This document shows positions 37,534 to 46,725 of a stretch of 64,000 nt of DNA, piece by piece. Position numbers and translations under genes: made by a program. Origin of the DNA: Thermodesulfobacteriota bacterium (GTDB lineage: Bacteria; Desulfobacterota; Binatia; Bin18). Under the pieces are notes generated by a model, which was not told the DNA's origin, ran no database searches, and saw nothing but the letters and a program-made list of their open reading frames with translations. The stretch lies in NCBI GenBank assembly GCA_964291405.2, contig OZ219926.1, positions 3,392,001 to 3,456,000 on the forward strand, written 5' to 3'. Position 1 is the stretch's first letter. Every line of letters starts with the position of its first letter.

Positions 37534-38478
37534 TCAGGCTCGCGGGTGTGCCTTGTCATACACTTGGGTGAGCCGGTCTAAATTGACGTGGGTGTAGCGC
37601 TGTGTGGTGGACAGGCTGGAATGCCCCAATAACTCCTGGATCGCCCGTAGGTCAGCTCCTGCATCAAGCAAATGGGTTGCAAAGGTGTGGCGCAGTGCGT
37701 GGGGACTGATCTTGTGAGCCAGACCGCACTGCTTGGCATAGCTGGCCACAAGTCGAGCTACACTCCGAGGAGTTAAGCGTCCACCGCGTTGGTTGAGAAA
37801 AACAGGCCTGGCGTCACCTGCCGACACGTCGTGGGACGTTGGTTGATAATTATTGCCGAGCAAGGCCGGGATCTCTGCCCGATACCGGTGTAGCGTGTCA
37901 AGCGCTGTGCGGCCGATCGGTACAATCCGTTCCTTCTGTCCCTTCCCCTTCACCCGCAGGACTTCGAGGTTGGGGTCGACATCCGCCCAGTTCAGGCCGG
38001 TTAATTCACTGACGCGGAGCCCGCACGAATAGAGCACTTCGAGTATGGCCCGGTCACGCAGCTCGGCGGGAGTATCCGGTGCAGGCGTGTCTAAGAGCCG
38101 AAACATATCGTCAACCGGGAGATAGGTGGGAAGGGGATGGTCTTGCTTGGGCGAACTCAGGTGCAGGGTCGGGTCTTGGTCAATCACGGCCTCGCGTAGC
38201 AAGAAGCGAAAAAAGCTCTTGAGTGCCGAGAGCTTCCGACTAATCGAGCTTTTCGTATGCTGTCGATACAAGGTAGACAAAAAAGCCTGAACGATGTGGT
38301 GGCTGATCTGGGTGACATCGACCTGATCAGGCTCCGCCTGTTCTGTCGGCTTTTCAACAAAAGCGAAGAATTGGTACAGATCGCTGCAATAGTTCCGCAG
38401 AGTATGGGTAGAGACATTTTTCTCTACCTCCAGATAGACGGTGTAGCGGTCAAACAATTCGTGGAGTTCTGGTGTCAT
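37534..38478 (-). CDS. xerC: Tyrosine recombinase XerC
   Basis: GLRVSE, VKGKG.KER, HALRHTFATH, LLGH...TTQRY; classic xerC-hslV-hslU gene order. Confidence 0.92.
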   Translation of the reverse strand: MTPELHELFDRYTVYLEVEKNVSTHTLRNYCSDLYQFFAFVEKPTEQAEPDQVDVTQISHHIVQAFLSTLYRQHTKSSISRKLSALKSFFRFLLREAVIDQDPTLHLSSPKQDHPLPTYLPVDDMFRLLDTPAPDTPAELRDRAILEVLYSCGLRVSELTGLNWADVDPNLEVLRVKGKGQKERIVPIGRTALDTLHRYRAEIPALLGNNYQPTSHDVSAGDARPVFLNQRGGRLTPRSVARLVASYAKQCGLAHKISPHALRHTFATHLLDAGADLRAIQELLGHSSLSTTQRYTHVNLDRLTQVYDKAHPRA

Positions 38479-38598
38479 TGGAATTTCAATTTACTGCCTC
38501 CAATGGTATCAACAAGTCCGGTTTGAAGAAAGTGAGGAGAGAGACGGCCTGCGATGAGAAAACGAATTGCGTGCCGGGTCGTATAGAGAAAGAGTAGA

Positions 38599-38901
38599 AT
38601 GGGGGCGGTTGTGCGAGTCTGTTATCACTGCCAGGCAGAAATATCCCTCGAAGAGCCCATTGGACGGCGCGACACGTGCGCGGGGTGCGGGGCTGACGTA
38701 CGCTGCTGTCTCAACTGTACCTTTTACGACGTGCGTTCTGCTGATGCGTGCCGTGAACCACAGGCCGATCTCGTCCAGCATAAGGACGCTGCGAATTTTT
38801 GCGAATTCTTTGCGCTCAGGAATACGCAGCCGAGTCAGGCTCGTCCATCCGCAGCAGACGCCCGGGCGCAACTGGATGCCTTATTCAAAAAAAAGTCCTG
38901 A
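38599..38901 (+). CDS. Cys-rich putative metal-binding protein
   Basis: CYHC..CAGC...CCLNC..Y...CRE...ANFCEFF and a 'LDALF' tail. Confidence 0.75.
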   Translation: MGAVVRVCYHCQAEISLEEPIGRRDTCAGCGADVRCCLNCTFYDVRSADACREPQADLVQHKDAANFCEFFALRNTQPSQARPSAADARAQLDALFKKKS

Positions 38902-38914
38902 CGGAGTTCCTGCC

Positions 38915-39328
38915 ATGACCGCTCGGCGTTGCTCTCCAATGCTTTTTTGCCTTGTCTGGCTCGTGCTGCTGGGCGCCTGTCAGCCCGACCCTCACACAGC
39001 CCAAGGGACGGCCGAACTCTTTCTTGACGCGCATTATGTACGTATTGACTTGCCGACTGCCAAAGCTTATTGCGCCGGCTTTGCCCGTAACCGGGTAGAG
39101 GAGGAAATTCGACTGACCGAGGGCCTGACCATCGATGCCGCAACGCGGCAACCGCGGGTGTACTATGAACTGCTTGAAGAAACACCGCGCGGCGAATCGA
39201 GTGTGTCTTTCCTGTATAAGGCAGATTTTGACGTTGACGGAGCCGGACGATTTACCAAGAATATTGTGTTGATCCTGCGCAATCAGGCCGAGGGTTGGCG
39301 GGTGATCAACTACCGCGAGTACGACTAA
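38915..39328 (+). CDS. Hypothetical lipoprotein
   Basis: Lipobox LLGAC after a hydrophobic stretch; C-terminal 'GWRV.NY'; GGAG RBS. Confidence 0.7.
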   Translation: MTARRCSPMLFCLVWLVLLGACQPDPHTAQGTAELFLDAHYVRIDLPTAKAYCAGFARNRVEEEIRLTEGLTIDAATRQPRVYYELLEETPRGESSVSFLYKADFDVDGAGRFTKNIVLILRNQAEGWRVINYREYD

Positions 39329-39341
39329 AGCCCTCCTGTGG

Positions 39342-39370
39342 TTGACAGGCGGAGACCAGGGGCGAAGGAT
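39342..39370 (+). promoter_or_regulatory. Putative sigma70 promoter for the dodecin pair
   Basis: TTGACA-N17-AAGGAT upstream of 39442. Confidence 0.35.
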
Positions 39371-39441
39371 AGTGTGAAGGTGACAGAGCAAGAGAGGCAG
39401 AACGAGACTACGATGACAAGGGTCGGAAAGGAGGAAGTGAT

Positions 39442-39681
39442 ATGCAGGACAAAACCTATGTCATTACCGAGATCGTGGGCACCTCAGAGCAGTCGATCTC
39501 GGCGGCGGTAAGCAACGCGGTTGATCGCGCCAACAAGACGCTCAAGGCGCTCGACTGGTTTGAGGTCAAGGCGCTCCGCGGAACAGTCGTAGATGGCAAA
39601 GTGGGGCAGTATCAGGTCACGCTTGATGTGGGCTTCCGCTATTTGAGCGATGAAGAAATGAAAGCCTGGGCAGAAGGGTAA
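39442..39681 (+). CDS. Dodecin (flavin-binding), copy 1
   Basis: 'EIVGTS', 'LDWFEV...RG', 'YQV...VGF'. Confidence 0.92.
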   Translation: MQDKTYVITEIVGTSEQSISAAVSNAVDRANKTLKALDWFEVKALRGTVVDGKVGQYQVTLDVGFRYLSDEEMKAWAEG

Positions 39682-39723
39682 GCCATATATAAACCCTGGG
39701 TGTAGAGACGAAAGGGAGGAGCC

Positions 39724-39933
39724 ATGTCAGACAAAACGTATAAGCTCATTGAATTGGTTGGGGTATCGGAGAACTCGATTGAAGAAGCTATCCAGAATGC
39801 CGTCGCCCGGGCCAATCAAACCCTCAAGAATTTGGATTGGTTTGAGGTCGTTGAAGCGCGCGGTGTGATTCAGGATGGCAAAGTCAATCAGTTCCAGGTC
39901 AAGATCAAGGTTGGATTTCGGTTGAATATGTAA
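39724..39933 (+). CDS. Dodecin (flavin-binding), copy 2
   Basis: 'YKLIELVG.S', 'NLDWFEV...RG', 'FQV..KVGFRL'. Confidence 0.94.
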   Translation: MSDKTYKLIELVGVSENSIEEAIQNAVARANQTLKNLDWFEVVEARGVIQDGKVNQFQVKIKVGFRLNM

Positions 39934-40060
39934 GGCCAATCTGAACTGTGTCAGAGAGGGCAGAACTGCTTCCACTTTTCCGTGCAAGGCGCTATAAACG
40001 AATTGATCAGATCCGTGGGCGACTGGCAACCGTGAGAAGCACGAGCATTGAAGGAGACGA

Positions 40061-40723
40061 ATGATGGCGTTACACATTGGCGAGGAAGCTCCCAATTTTA
40101 CGGCGGAGACCACAGAGGGAACGATCGACTTTCATGAGTGGATCGGAGACGGTTGGGCCATTTTGTTTTCACATCCCAAAGATTTTACTCCGGTGTGTAC
40201 CACCGAGCTGGGCTATATGGCTGGTCTCAAGCCGGAATTTGACAAGCGTAACTGCAAGATCATCGGTCTGAGCATTGACCCGGTCTCCGACCACACCGAA
40301 TGGGTCAAAGACATTGAAGAAACGCAGGGGCATGCCGTCACCTACCCCTTGATTGGCGACACGGACCTCGCCGTTGCCAAGCTGTACGACATGATCCACC
40401 CGAATGCGAGCGGGTCTGCCAAGGGACGGACGGCGGTCGACAACGCAACCGTCCGCTCGGTGTTTGTGGTCGGGCCGGACAAGAAGATCAAGCTCATGAT
40501 TACCTATCCGATGAGCACCGGCCGGAACTTCGACGAGGTTCTGCGTGTGTTGGATTCCTGTCAGTTGACCGCTCAACACAAAGTCGCCACCCCGGTGAAT
40601 TGGAATCAGGGCGAGGATGTGATTATTGTTCCTGCGGTCTCGAACGAGGAGGCCAAGGAAAAATTCCCCGGCGGTTGGAAAGCGCCCAAGCCGTATCTGC
40701 GGATCGTACCGCAGCCGCAATAA
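40061..40723 (+). CDS. 1-Cys peroxiredoxin (Prx6 family)
   Basis: FSHPKDFTPVCTTE, TVRSVF, YP.STGRNFDE, ATPVNW. Confidence 0.95.
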   Translation: MMALHIGEEAPNFTAETTEGTIDFHEWIGDGWAILFSHPKDFTPVCTTELGYMAGLKPEFDKRNCKIIGLSIDPVSDHTEWVKDIEETQGHAVTYPLIGDTDLAVAKLYDMIHPNASGSAKGRTAVDNATVRSVFVVGPDKKIKLMITYPMSTGRNFDEVLRVLDSCQLTAQHKVATPVNWNQGEDVIIVPAVSNEEAKEKFPGGWKAPKPYLRIVPQPQ

Positions 40724-40742
40724 GACCGCTCGTGCGAGCAGT

Positions 40743-40768
40743 GAGGGGTCGCTGCCCAGCGACCCCTC
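40743..40768. terminator. Hairpin between convergent genes, probable terminator
   Basis: GAGGGGTCGCTG-CC-CAGCGACCCCTC. Confidence 0.6.
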
Positions 40769-40783
40769 CGTTCATTTCCGCTA

Positions 40784-41542
40784 TTAATACGTTTTCAAAA
40801 TGCGACCGTACGGCAGGTGCGCGTTAAAAAAGCCATAGCGGCACTGCACCACTTCTTTGACCGCTAACTGGTGCCAGGGGTCGGCTTCAGTCGGCGCGTT
40901 ATAGACCAGTGAGCCCGGCCCACTCCACACCTCGGCAATGCCGTCGGTTCCCACGACAGGAGTAACGGCAAAATTACACGAGACAAGTTGGGCCAAGGCC
41001 GGCTCCTCGCTTTCTTCCGCGCTGGGAATCACTTTGAGGGAAACAATGGGCGGAAATTTGAAGCTCTCGACCGGAGCGTTGCGAATCGCCCGCATGACGG
41101 CCGTCGCCAGCCGGTTACCCGTAGGCCGCTCAATGATGCCCATGAATTCTTCATGTTCCTGCGTCACGTCAACATGAGCCAGCTTTTTGCCATAGCCCCA
41201 GATCTCACGACCCGCGATTAGCGGTGCTTCCTGGGTGACGAAAAGGCTTGGCAGATAGGTCATGGGCTGACCTTCCCAGGTGCAGGCCAGGCCCAGAATC
41301 GCCTCGTTATACGGCCCGAAGGTCGAGAAGTGATATTTGGCAATAAGAAGGCTGGCGGTCGCCGGCTCAACCAGGGCCAATCCTTCCGGGAGGAGGCGCA
41401 GGGCCCCATCTTCATCGGTCTGGTAATCAACGATAATTATCTCCATATTGCGGTAATAGAAGGGTGGAGACTGGACTGCGGGCGCGGTCACCGGCATGGA
41501 GGGGCCAAACTGACTTTTTGTGAGCTGTCCATACTTTGCCAT
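40784..41542 (-). CDS. Acetoacetate decarboxylase family protein
   Basis: 'FGPYNE', 'AGREIWGYGKK' (Schiff-base Lys region), 'K.IPS', 'W.GPG'. Confidence 0.88.
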   Translation of the reverse strand: MAKYGQLTKSQFGPSMPVTAPAVQSPPFYYRNMEIIIVDYQTDEDGALRLLPEGLALVEPATASLLIAKYHFSTFGPYNEAILGLACTWEGQPMTYLPSLFVTQEAPLIAGREIWGYGKKLAHVDVTQEHEEFMGIIERPTGNRLATAVMRAIRNAPVESFKFPPIVSLKVIPSAEESEEPALAQLVSCNFAVTPVVGTDGIAEVWSGPGSLVYNAPTEADPWHQLAVKEVVQCRYGFFNAHLPYGRILKTY

Positions 41543-41586
41543 ACTGCTATCCTCCTTGTGGTCTGACTGTACTGTGACTGCGAATC

Positions 41587-41641
41587 AAAGAGTAAACGTG
41601 TCCTCCATCAATACAGACAAAGCTGGACACGTTTACTCTTT
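41587..41641. repeat. 55-bp palindromic mini-element, copy A
   Basis: AAAGAGTAAACGTGTCC-N21-GGACACGTTTACTCTTT; its right arm contains the stop codon of the 41633 gene. Confidence 0.9.
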
Positions 41642-42805
41642 CATGCCGTAGCACTTCAGCACGTTCTTTCCCAATATGCCCTCTCGGGCTGGCTCGGCCA
41701 TCAGGTTTGTGAGTTCAATCAAATTGGGAACATATTCGGGTGGATGGTCGGCATGCGGAAAATCGCTGGCCCAGAAAAATCGATCTTCTCCAACAAAGGG
41801 GATGACCCCGGCGAGTGAACGTTCATCCGGGTCGCCCGAGATCCAACACTGTCGGCGGAAATACTCGCTCGGTTTGTCTTTCAGCAGCACACTTTTGCCC
41901 AGCGGCGAGTCATAGACCGCATCCATACGTTCCAGCCAGTACCCGATCCAGCCCGCGCCCACTTCCAGGACAATGACTTTGAGCTGGGGAAATTTGTCGA
42001 ACACCCCATACTGAAAGAGCGAGACAAAGCCGCCTCGAATGGCATCTCCACCGGCGATGTTTTGGTAAAACGCAGTCGAAAAACTCGTCATCCGGCCAAA
42101 GCGGGTTGGGGCCGCCCAGTGTGGCTCAAACGACGGATGAATGCCAAACGGCAGACCGAGTTCCTGGGCCGCGGCAAACACGCGGTCATGATCGGGATGG
42201 CCATGGGCTTTGCGGCTCCAGATATACGGAGCCACAAAAAAGCCTTTCATCCCATCCTTGGCCGCCCGGCGCAGCTCTGCCTCAGCAAGCTCGGGGATAC
42301 TAATGGGGATATGGGCAATGGGGAGCAAGCGTCCATCCGAGTCTGAACAAAAGTCCACCAGCCAGCGATTATACGCCCGGGCATAGGCCATCGACAGCTC
42401 AAGGTCTTCACATTCGGGTTCCCATAACAGGCCAAGAGTGGGGTAGAGAAACACCCTCTCAATATTCTCAATGTCCAGACGTTGCAGGCGCTCTTTCGGG
42501 TCCATAGAGCCAAACGAGGCATTATCGACATAGCCAGACCCGGTCGGCTCGCGTTTATACTCAATACCCCCAAGCTGATCCATCACCCCAAGCCCCGACG
42601 GGGCGCCCTTACGAGTCATTTTGGATGGTTGACCGTTGACCTCAAGGTATTCCAGGCCGTCGTCGTCCTTACGAATACGGACCGCGCGGTCACGGTATTT
42701 AGGTTCCAAATATCTTTCCCAGAGATCGGGCGCTTCGAGTATATGACCGTCGGCATCGATCACACCTGACATGGGGAGACTCGGTAAGGCTTCAGGGCCG
42801 GGCAT
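41633..42805 (-). CDS. Amidohydrolase family protein (Amidohydro_2 type)
   Basis: 'VIDADGHILE', 'LYPT.GL', 'RAYNRW', 'LE.GAGW', 'ASDFPHAD'; AAGGAGG before ATG 42805. Confidence 0.9.
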   Translation of the reverse strand: MPGPEALPSLPMSGVIDADGHILEAPDLWERYLEPKYRDRAVRIRKDDDGLEYLEVNGQPSKMTRKGAPSGLGVMDQLGGIEYKREPTGSGYVDNASFGSMDPKERLQRLDIENIERVFLYPTLGLLWEPECEDLELSMAYARAYNRWLVDFCSDSDGRLLPIAHIPISIPELAEAELRRAAKDGMKGFFVAPYIWSRKAHGHPDHDRVFAAAQELGLPFGIHPSFEPHWAAPTRFGRMTSFSTAFYQNIAGGDAIRGGFVSLFQYGVFDKFPQLKVIVLEVGAGWIGYWLERMDAVYDSPLGKSVLLKDKPSEYFRRQCWISGDPDERSLAGVIPFVGEDRFFWASDFPHADHPPEYVPNLIELTNLMAEPAREGILGKNVLKCYGMKE

Positions 42806-42909
42806 ACGCATCCTCCTTTTTTGGGCACTCAAGCCGATCTGGCTCCTGCCCTTGGACAGCGCAAGCGAAACGCTCGACTCAAGAGAAGGTTTCGCCTTGA
42901 GCGTGTCGG

Positions 42910-44148
42910 CTAGGTTCCAGAACTCGAACGTTGCCGCTTACGAAAGAGTTCTTCTCCTTCCTCAATCTGCTCAGGTTCCATAAGCTCAACAATATACTCG
43001 CGCACTTTGAGCACCTCATTCTTGTGCTCGCCCGAGGCATTTGTCTCCGCCAGACTGATCCACATATAGGCTTGGCCATAGTCCAGCGGCGTACCCTGGC
43101 CCCTGGCGTAGCGCAGTGCCAGATTATACTGTGCCTGGGCATCATCCTGATTTGCCGCCCGGCGATACCAATTCGCCGCTTGGGTGTCGTTCTGTTCGAG
43201 CCCTTGTCCAGTCGCATACATGAATCCCAGATTGATCTGTGCCTGGGCATGGCCCTGGTCGGCAGCTTGGCGATACCACTTGGCGGCCTCGGCCGCATCC
43301 TGTGCCACGCCTTGGCCGGTACGATACATGAGCCCCAAATTCCACTGGGCGTCGGCATGGCCCTGGTCGGCGGCTTGGCGATACCACTTGGCGGCCTCGG
43401 CCGCATCCTGTGCCACACCTTGACCCGTGTAATAGTGGAGCCCCATAAAATAGAGCGATTGCGGAGAGCCCTGCTCAGCGGCCTGGCGATGCCATTGCAG
43501 CGCTTGGGTCGCATCCTGGTCAACGCGTTGGCCCAGGCCGTAGAGTATGCCCAGTTCTGCCTGGGCATGCATGATTCCTTGCTCGGCCGCTTGGGTGAGC
43601 TGGACAATCGTCATCCGTGCAATCAGATTATCGCGGGCGCCAGCATATTTCGCAGCGGTTGCTTTGGCGGCATTGAACGAATCCCGGTCGCCTTTATAAA
43701 CCGCTAGCTTGGCCGCGCTATCGGCCGCCTGGTTGATCAAGAGCAATGACTGGACGTCATCTCGCTCAATTCCCTTGCCCGATGAATACAGGATGCCCAG
43801 GTCGTACTGGGCTGTCACATGGCCCTGTTCGGCGGCTTTGCGGTACCACGCTATCGATGTGTCCATATCCGCTGCCACGCCTAAACCGTTGGCGTACATG
43901 ACTCCCAAGTTCCACTGGGCCGTCGCATGGCCCTGCTCGGCGGCTTTGCGATACCACACCCCGGCTTCGGTATAGTCTTGTGCGACGCCGTAGCCATTAT
44001 CGTACAGGAACGCGAGGTCGTACTGCGCCTCAACGTCACCGGCCTCGGCCCGCGCTCGCAGTTCGGCAGTTCTGTCTGCCCGTGCCAGGCTCACGCCGCA
44101 AATACATATCCCAACACTCACGAGTATCCAGCGTGCTATTATCTGCAT
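42910..44148 (-). CDS. Secreted Sel1-like repeat (SLR) protein
   Basis: Signal peptide ending ARA; about 7 repeats of 'AQ.NLG.MY..G.GV.QD...A..WYR.AA.QG'. Confidence 0.93.
   Translation of the reverse strand: MQIIARWILVSVGICICGVSLARADRTAELRARAEAGDVEAQYDLAFLYDNGYGVAQDYTEAGVWYRKAAEQGHATAQWNLGVMYANGLGVAADMDTSIAWYRKAAEQGHVTAQYDLGILYSSGKGIERDDVQSLLLINQAADSAAKLAVYKGDRDSFNAAKATAAKYAGARDNLIARMTIVQLTQAAEQGIMHAQAELGILYGLGQRVDQDATQALQWHRQAAEQGSPQSLYFMGLHYYTGQGVAQDAAEAAKWYRQAADQGHADAQWNLGLMYRTGQGVAQDAAEAAKWYRQAADQGHAQAQINLGFMYATGQGLEQNDTQAANWYRRAANQDDAQAQYNLALRYARGQGTPLDYGQAYMWISLAETNASGEHKNEVLKVREYIVELMEPEQIEEGEELFRKRQRSSSGT
43246..43425. repeat. 108-bp-period near-identical intragenic duplication in the Sel1 gene
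   Basis: GCATGGCCCTGGTCGGC(A/G)GCTTGGCGATACCACTTGGCGGCCTCGGCCGCATCCTGTGCCAC starts at both 43247 and 43355. Confidence 0.85.
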
Positions 44149-44287
44149 AATAATTGTCCTACCGTACTCATTCTCAAATGAGAAGAGCGGGGAGTGCCTC
44201 CCCATCTTACTCTTTGGAGCGGACATTATTTAACGAGAGTAAGCAGAACCGGCGCTAAGCGTGTCGCCTATTGTAGACACCGTGTTG

Positions 44288-44488
44288 CTATCGGTCTTTC
44301 TGTATTGAGATGAATTGGCGACAACCGCACAGACTGATGCGACATCGGCCGGTCCAGGCGTGTTCATGTACCAGAGCAGGGTGGCCACAGGTACACTGGG
44401 AGAGACCCGTAATTGTCGGGTGTGGCGTGCCTTCAAGTTTCGCCCACTGCCGCTCCAAATCCTGCCGAATCTCTTCATCCCGCGTCAT
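44288..44488 (-). CDS. Small Cys/His-rich hypothetical protein (phage-like zinc finger)
   Basis: 66 aa with CTCGH-x4-H-x7-C-x4-CGC-x2-F. Confidence 0.5.
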   Translation of the reverse strand: MTRDEEIRQDLERQWAKLEGTPHPTITGLSQCTCGHPALVHEHAWTGRCRISLCGCRQFISIQKDR

Positions 44489-44592
44489 TATTATTGGATG
44501 CTTTCTTTCTGGCTTGCGTCGAGACTCTTCGACCGGGCTGACAGCTCAGTATGCCGTTTTTGCCCACTGTGAGAGATAGAGAAAGATTCGTA

Positions 44593-44892
44593 TCACGTGT
44601 GCAGCGCATCTATCCAGTCAGGTAAGGGTTGATCTGGCACGTCGGCGCTCTCGGGTAAGAGTTCAAGCACGTCGAGCGACATCCGGTAGCGAATGCGCCC
44701 GTGCCACAAATACGGTGTTCTCACAGAATTGCTTACCATACCGCCGTGGAGTGCCGGGTGTGTCCCCTGAGGGGGAGTGGCCTCCACCCATAACTCTGTC
44801 CCACGATGCTGGCGAACCCAGGCGTGCGAGTCCGGGTGGATACTGTCCCAACTCTCCGGCTCCACAATTCGGGCTTTTTGACAATACATCAT
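44593..44892 (-). CDS. Hypothetical protein
   Basis: 99-aa ORF with a purine-rich sequence upstream, co-oriented with the 44288 and Sel1 genes; no recognisable family. Confidence 0.45.
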   Translation of the reverse strand: MMYCQKARIVEPESWDSIHPDSHAWVRQHRGTELWVEATPPQGTHPALHGGMVSNSVRTPYLWHGRIRYRMSLDVLELLPESADVPDQPLPDWIDALHT

Positions 44893-45043
44893 TCTTCCCC
44901 GTTTCCTTGTACCTCAAGAGGTACCCGTGAGAAAAGATTACCCTGTGTTCTTGATTGGACGCGCCCGTTCAGGTTACCCAGGGGGTCGTTGGACCTCTCT
45001 TCGAGGAGGCAGGAAAAAACGCAACACAGCGGGAGGAAGCGAT

Positions 45044-45805
45044 ATGGACACTTTTCAATATGAAACCGTTCTGAGCACGCCGGGCGACAGTGGGGTCCGC
45101 ACCATAGCCCTGAACCGGCCCGAGCGCCTTAACGCCATGAACGGGCAGCTCATGGTCGATATCGCGCGCGCGTTTGACGAAGCCAATGCCGATCCAGAGA
45201 CCCGCGCTATCATTTTTACCGGCCAGGGCCGAGCCTTTTGTGCTGGCGATGACCGTAAGGCACATCGCCAGCCTGAAAATGAAGGAGAGGCCAGAGATGC
45301 CGTGGACGCGGTCCAGCGGGCGACTCTGGCGATTGTCTTTGGTGGGAAGCCGGTTGTGGGAGCCATCAACGGCTGGGCAGTCGGGGGTGGGTTTGAGTTG
45401 GCGATCAATTGTGATTTCCCGATCTGGGCGGAAAGCGCCCGAGGATTTTTCCCTGAAGTGTCGCTCAACGCCTTTGTGACTGGGGCCGTCTCATCGCTTT
45501 TACCGGCCCTGGTTGGTCTGAACAAAGCCCGGGAAATGCTGTTTCTGTGCGAACAGTATGACGCCCGTACCCTGCTGGACCTAGGCGTGGCGTGGCGCGT
45601 CGTCGACGATGATCATCTGCTCACAGAGGCGCATAGTGTGGCGGAGAAATTGAGTGTCCTGCCGCCTCTTGCCGTCCGAGCGATGAAGCGTGTGCTCAAT
45701 CAGTGCGCAGCCAGCGATATCCACACCGCACTTCGACTGGAGACAGAGGCGACCGTTGCCAGCTTTCTCGATCCGGAAACAACCGAACGGCTCTCGAATT
45801 TCTAG
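45044..45805 (+). CDS. Enoyl-CoA hydratase/isomerase family protein
   Basis: LNRPERLNA, GRAFCAGDD, INGWAVGGGFE, PE; GGAGG before ATG 45044. Confidence 0.92.
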   Translation: MDTFQYETVLSTPGDSGVRTIALNRPERLNAMNGQLMVDIARAFDEANADPETRAIIFTGQGRAFCAGDDRKAHRQPENEGEARDAVDAVQRATLAIVFGGKPVVGAINGWAVGGGFELAINCDFPIWAESARGFFPEVSLNAFVTGAVSSLLPALVGLNKAREMLFLCEQYDARTLLDLGVAWRVVDDDHLLTEAHSVAEKLSVLPPLAVRAMKRVLNQCAASDIHTALRLETEATVASFLDPETTERLSNF

Positions 45806-45858
45806 ACTAGGACGCAGTAACAGCCACCCGCCGGCTACGGATGACAGCTCGACTATTC

Positions 45859-46566
45859 CTAGTCCTTTCCCTTCTCAGGGTTGGACACCATCTTGCCGTG
45901 ACCGGGGATAATCCAGTCGGCGAGCTGTAAAACCCTCTCTCGACTCGCGTTGAGTGCCTCCTGGTTCCAGGTCAGTGGAGCGTCTCCGGGCGTGATGTCC
46001 GGAAATGCCCAAGTATGGGTCAGGACATAGGTCCCCTGTGCCGTCTCGACGACCAGCGACGCGTCTTCTTCAGTATGTCCTGGGGTTTGCAGCACACGTA
46101 TGCCGGGCGCAATGGCGTACTCATCTCCATGATCTTCCCACAGGTCGCCTGTATACGTCGCCCAAAAGTCGACCAGTTGAGCGTTGGGGAAGAGGGCTAT
46201 ATTTACGGTATGGTCGGGATGGTGATGGCTGATAAAGACATGGGTGACATCCTCAGCTGAGACGCCTTCTTTTTTCAGCGCATCAAGGATGAGAGCCCGC
46301 TCTGCAACCATGCCGGGATCGGCGACCAGCGTGACTCCCTCGCCCCGGACCAGGGCAACCGTACCTGCCACGTGTCTGGCCCCGTCATCAGCCACACCGG
46401 GCATGGGCTGCCGCCCTTCTATCGGCTTGACATAGCCTTCAAGCAGAACGGTGACGGTGTTCGTGTTTTGCGCTTCTTGTCCCTGTACTCCGAGGGGCGT
46501 ACAAACAAACATAGCCCCCATGAGTCCGGCCACGACGACGAATCGGTACCTTTTGGTCTGCATCAT
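45859..46566 (-). CDS. Secreted MBL-fold metallo-hydrolase
   Basis: Signal peptide; SHHHPDH, TPGHT..D and IIPGHG motifs. Confidence 0.87.
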   Translation of the reverse strand: MMQTKRYRFVVVAGLMGAMFVCTPLGVQGQEAQNTNTVTVLLEGYVKPIEGRQPMPGVADDGARHVAGTVALVRGEGVTLVADPGMVAERALILDALKKEGVSAEDVTHVFISHHHPDHTVNIALFPNAQLVDFWATYTGDLWEDHGDEYAIAPGIRVLQTPGHTEEDASLVVETAQGTYVLTHTWAFPDITPGDAPLTWNQEALNASRERVLQLADWIIPGHGKMVSNPEKGKD

Positions 46567-46725
46567 ATTTCCCTCCTGTCTGCTCTCTTGCATAGCACTC
46601 CGGTCTGTGGGGGACTAGTTGTCTCGTTTCTCGCTTTTTTTGTTCGGTGTGGCTATTATCATTGGCATCGGGACGATGACGAATGTAGCGTGACGAGTAG
46701 AAACAGAAGAATACAGGAGACGCAT

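Noticed and set aside
37534-38478. Tyrosine recombinase as a prophage or island integrase
   Set aside because: Its size, motifs and xerC-hslV-hslU context indicate housekeeping XerC; no att site or tRNA is adjacent.
38567-39328. The 253-aa ORF from the track as one protein
   Set aside because: Its 5' half overlaps the better Cys-rich ORF in another frame; the real gene likely starts at ATG 38915 with an RBS and lipobox.
44487-44595. TGA read-through (selenocysteine or recoding) extending ORF 44593-44892 by 33 codons
   Set aside because: The frame does stay open to TAA TAA, but there is no SECIS-like hairpin or redox motif, so chance is sufficient.
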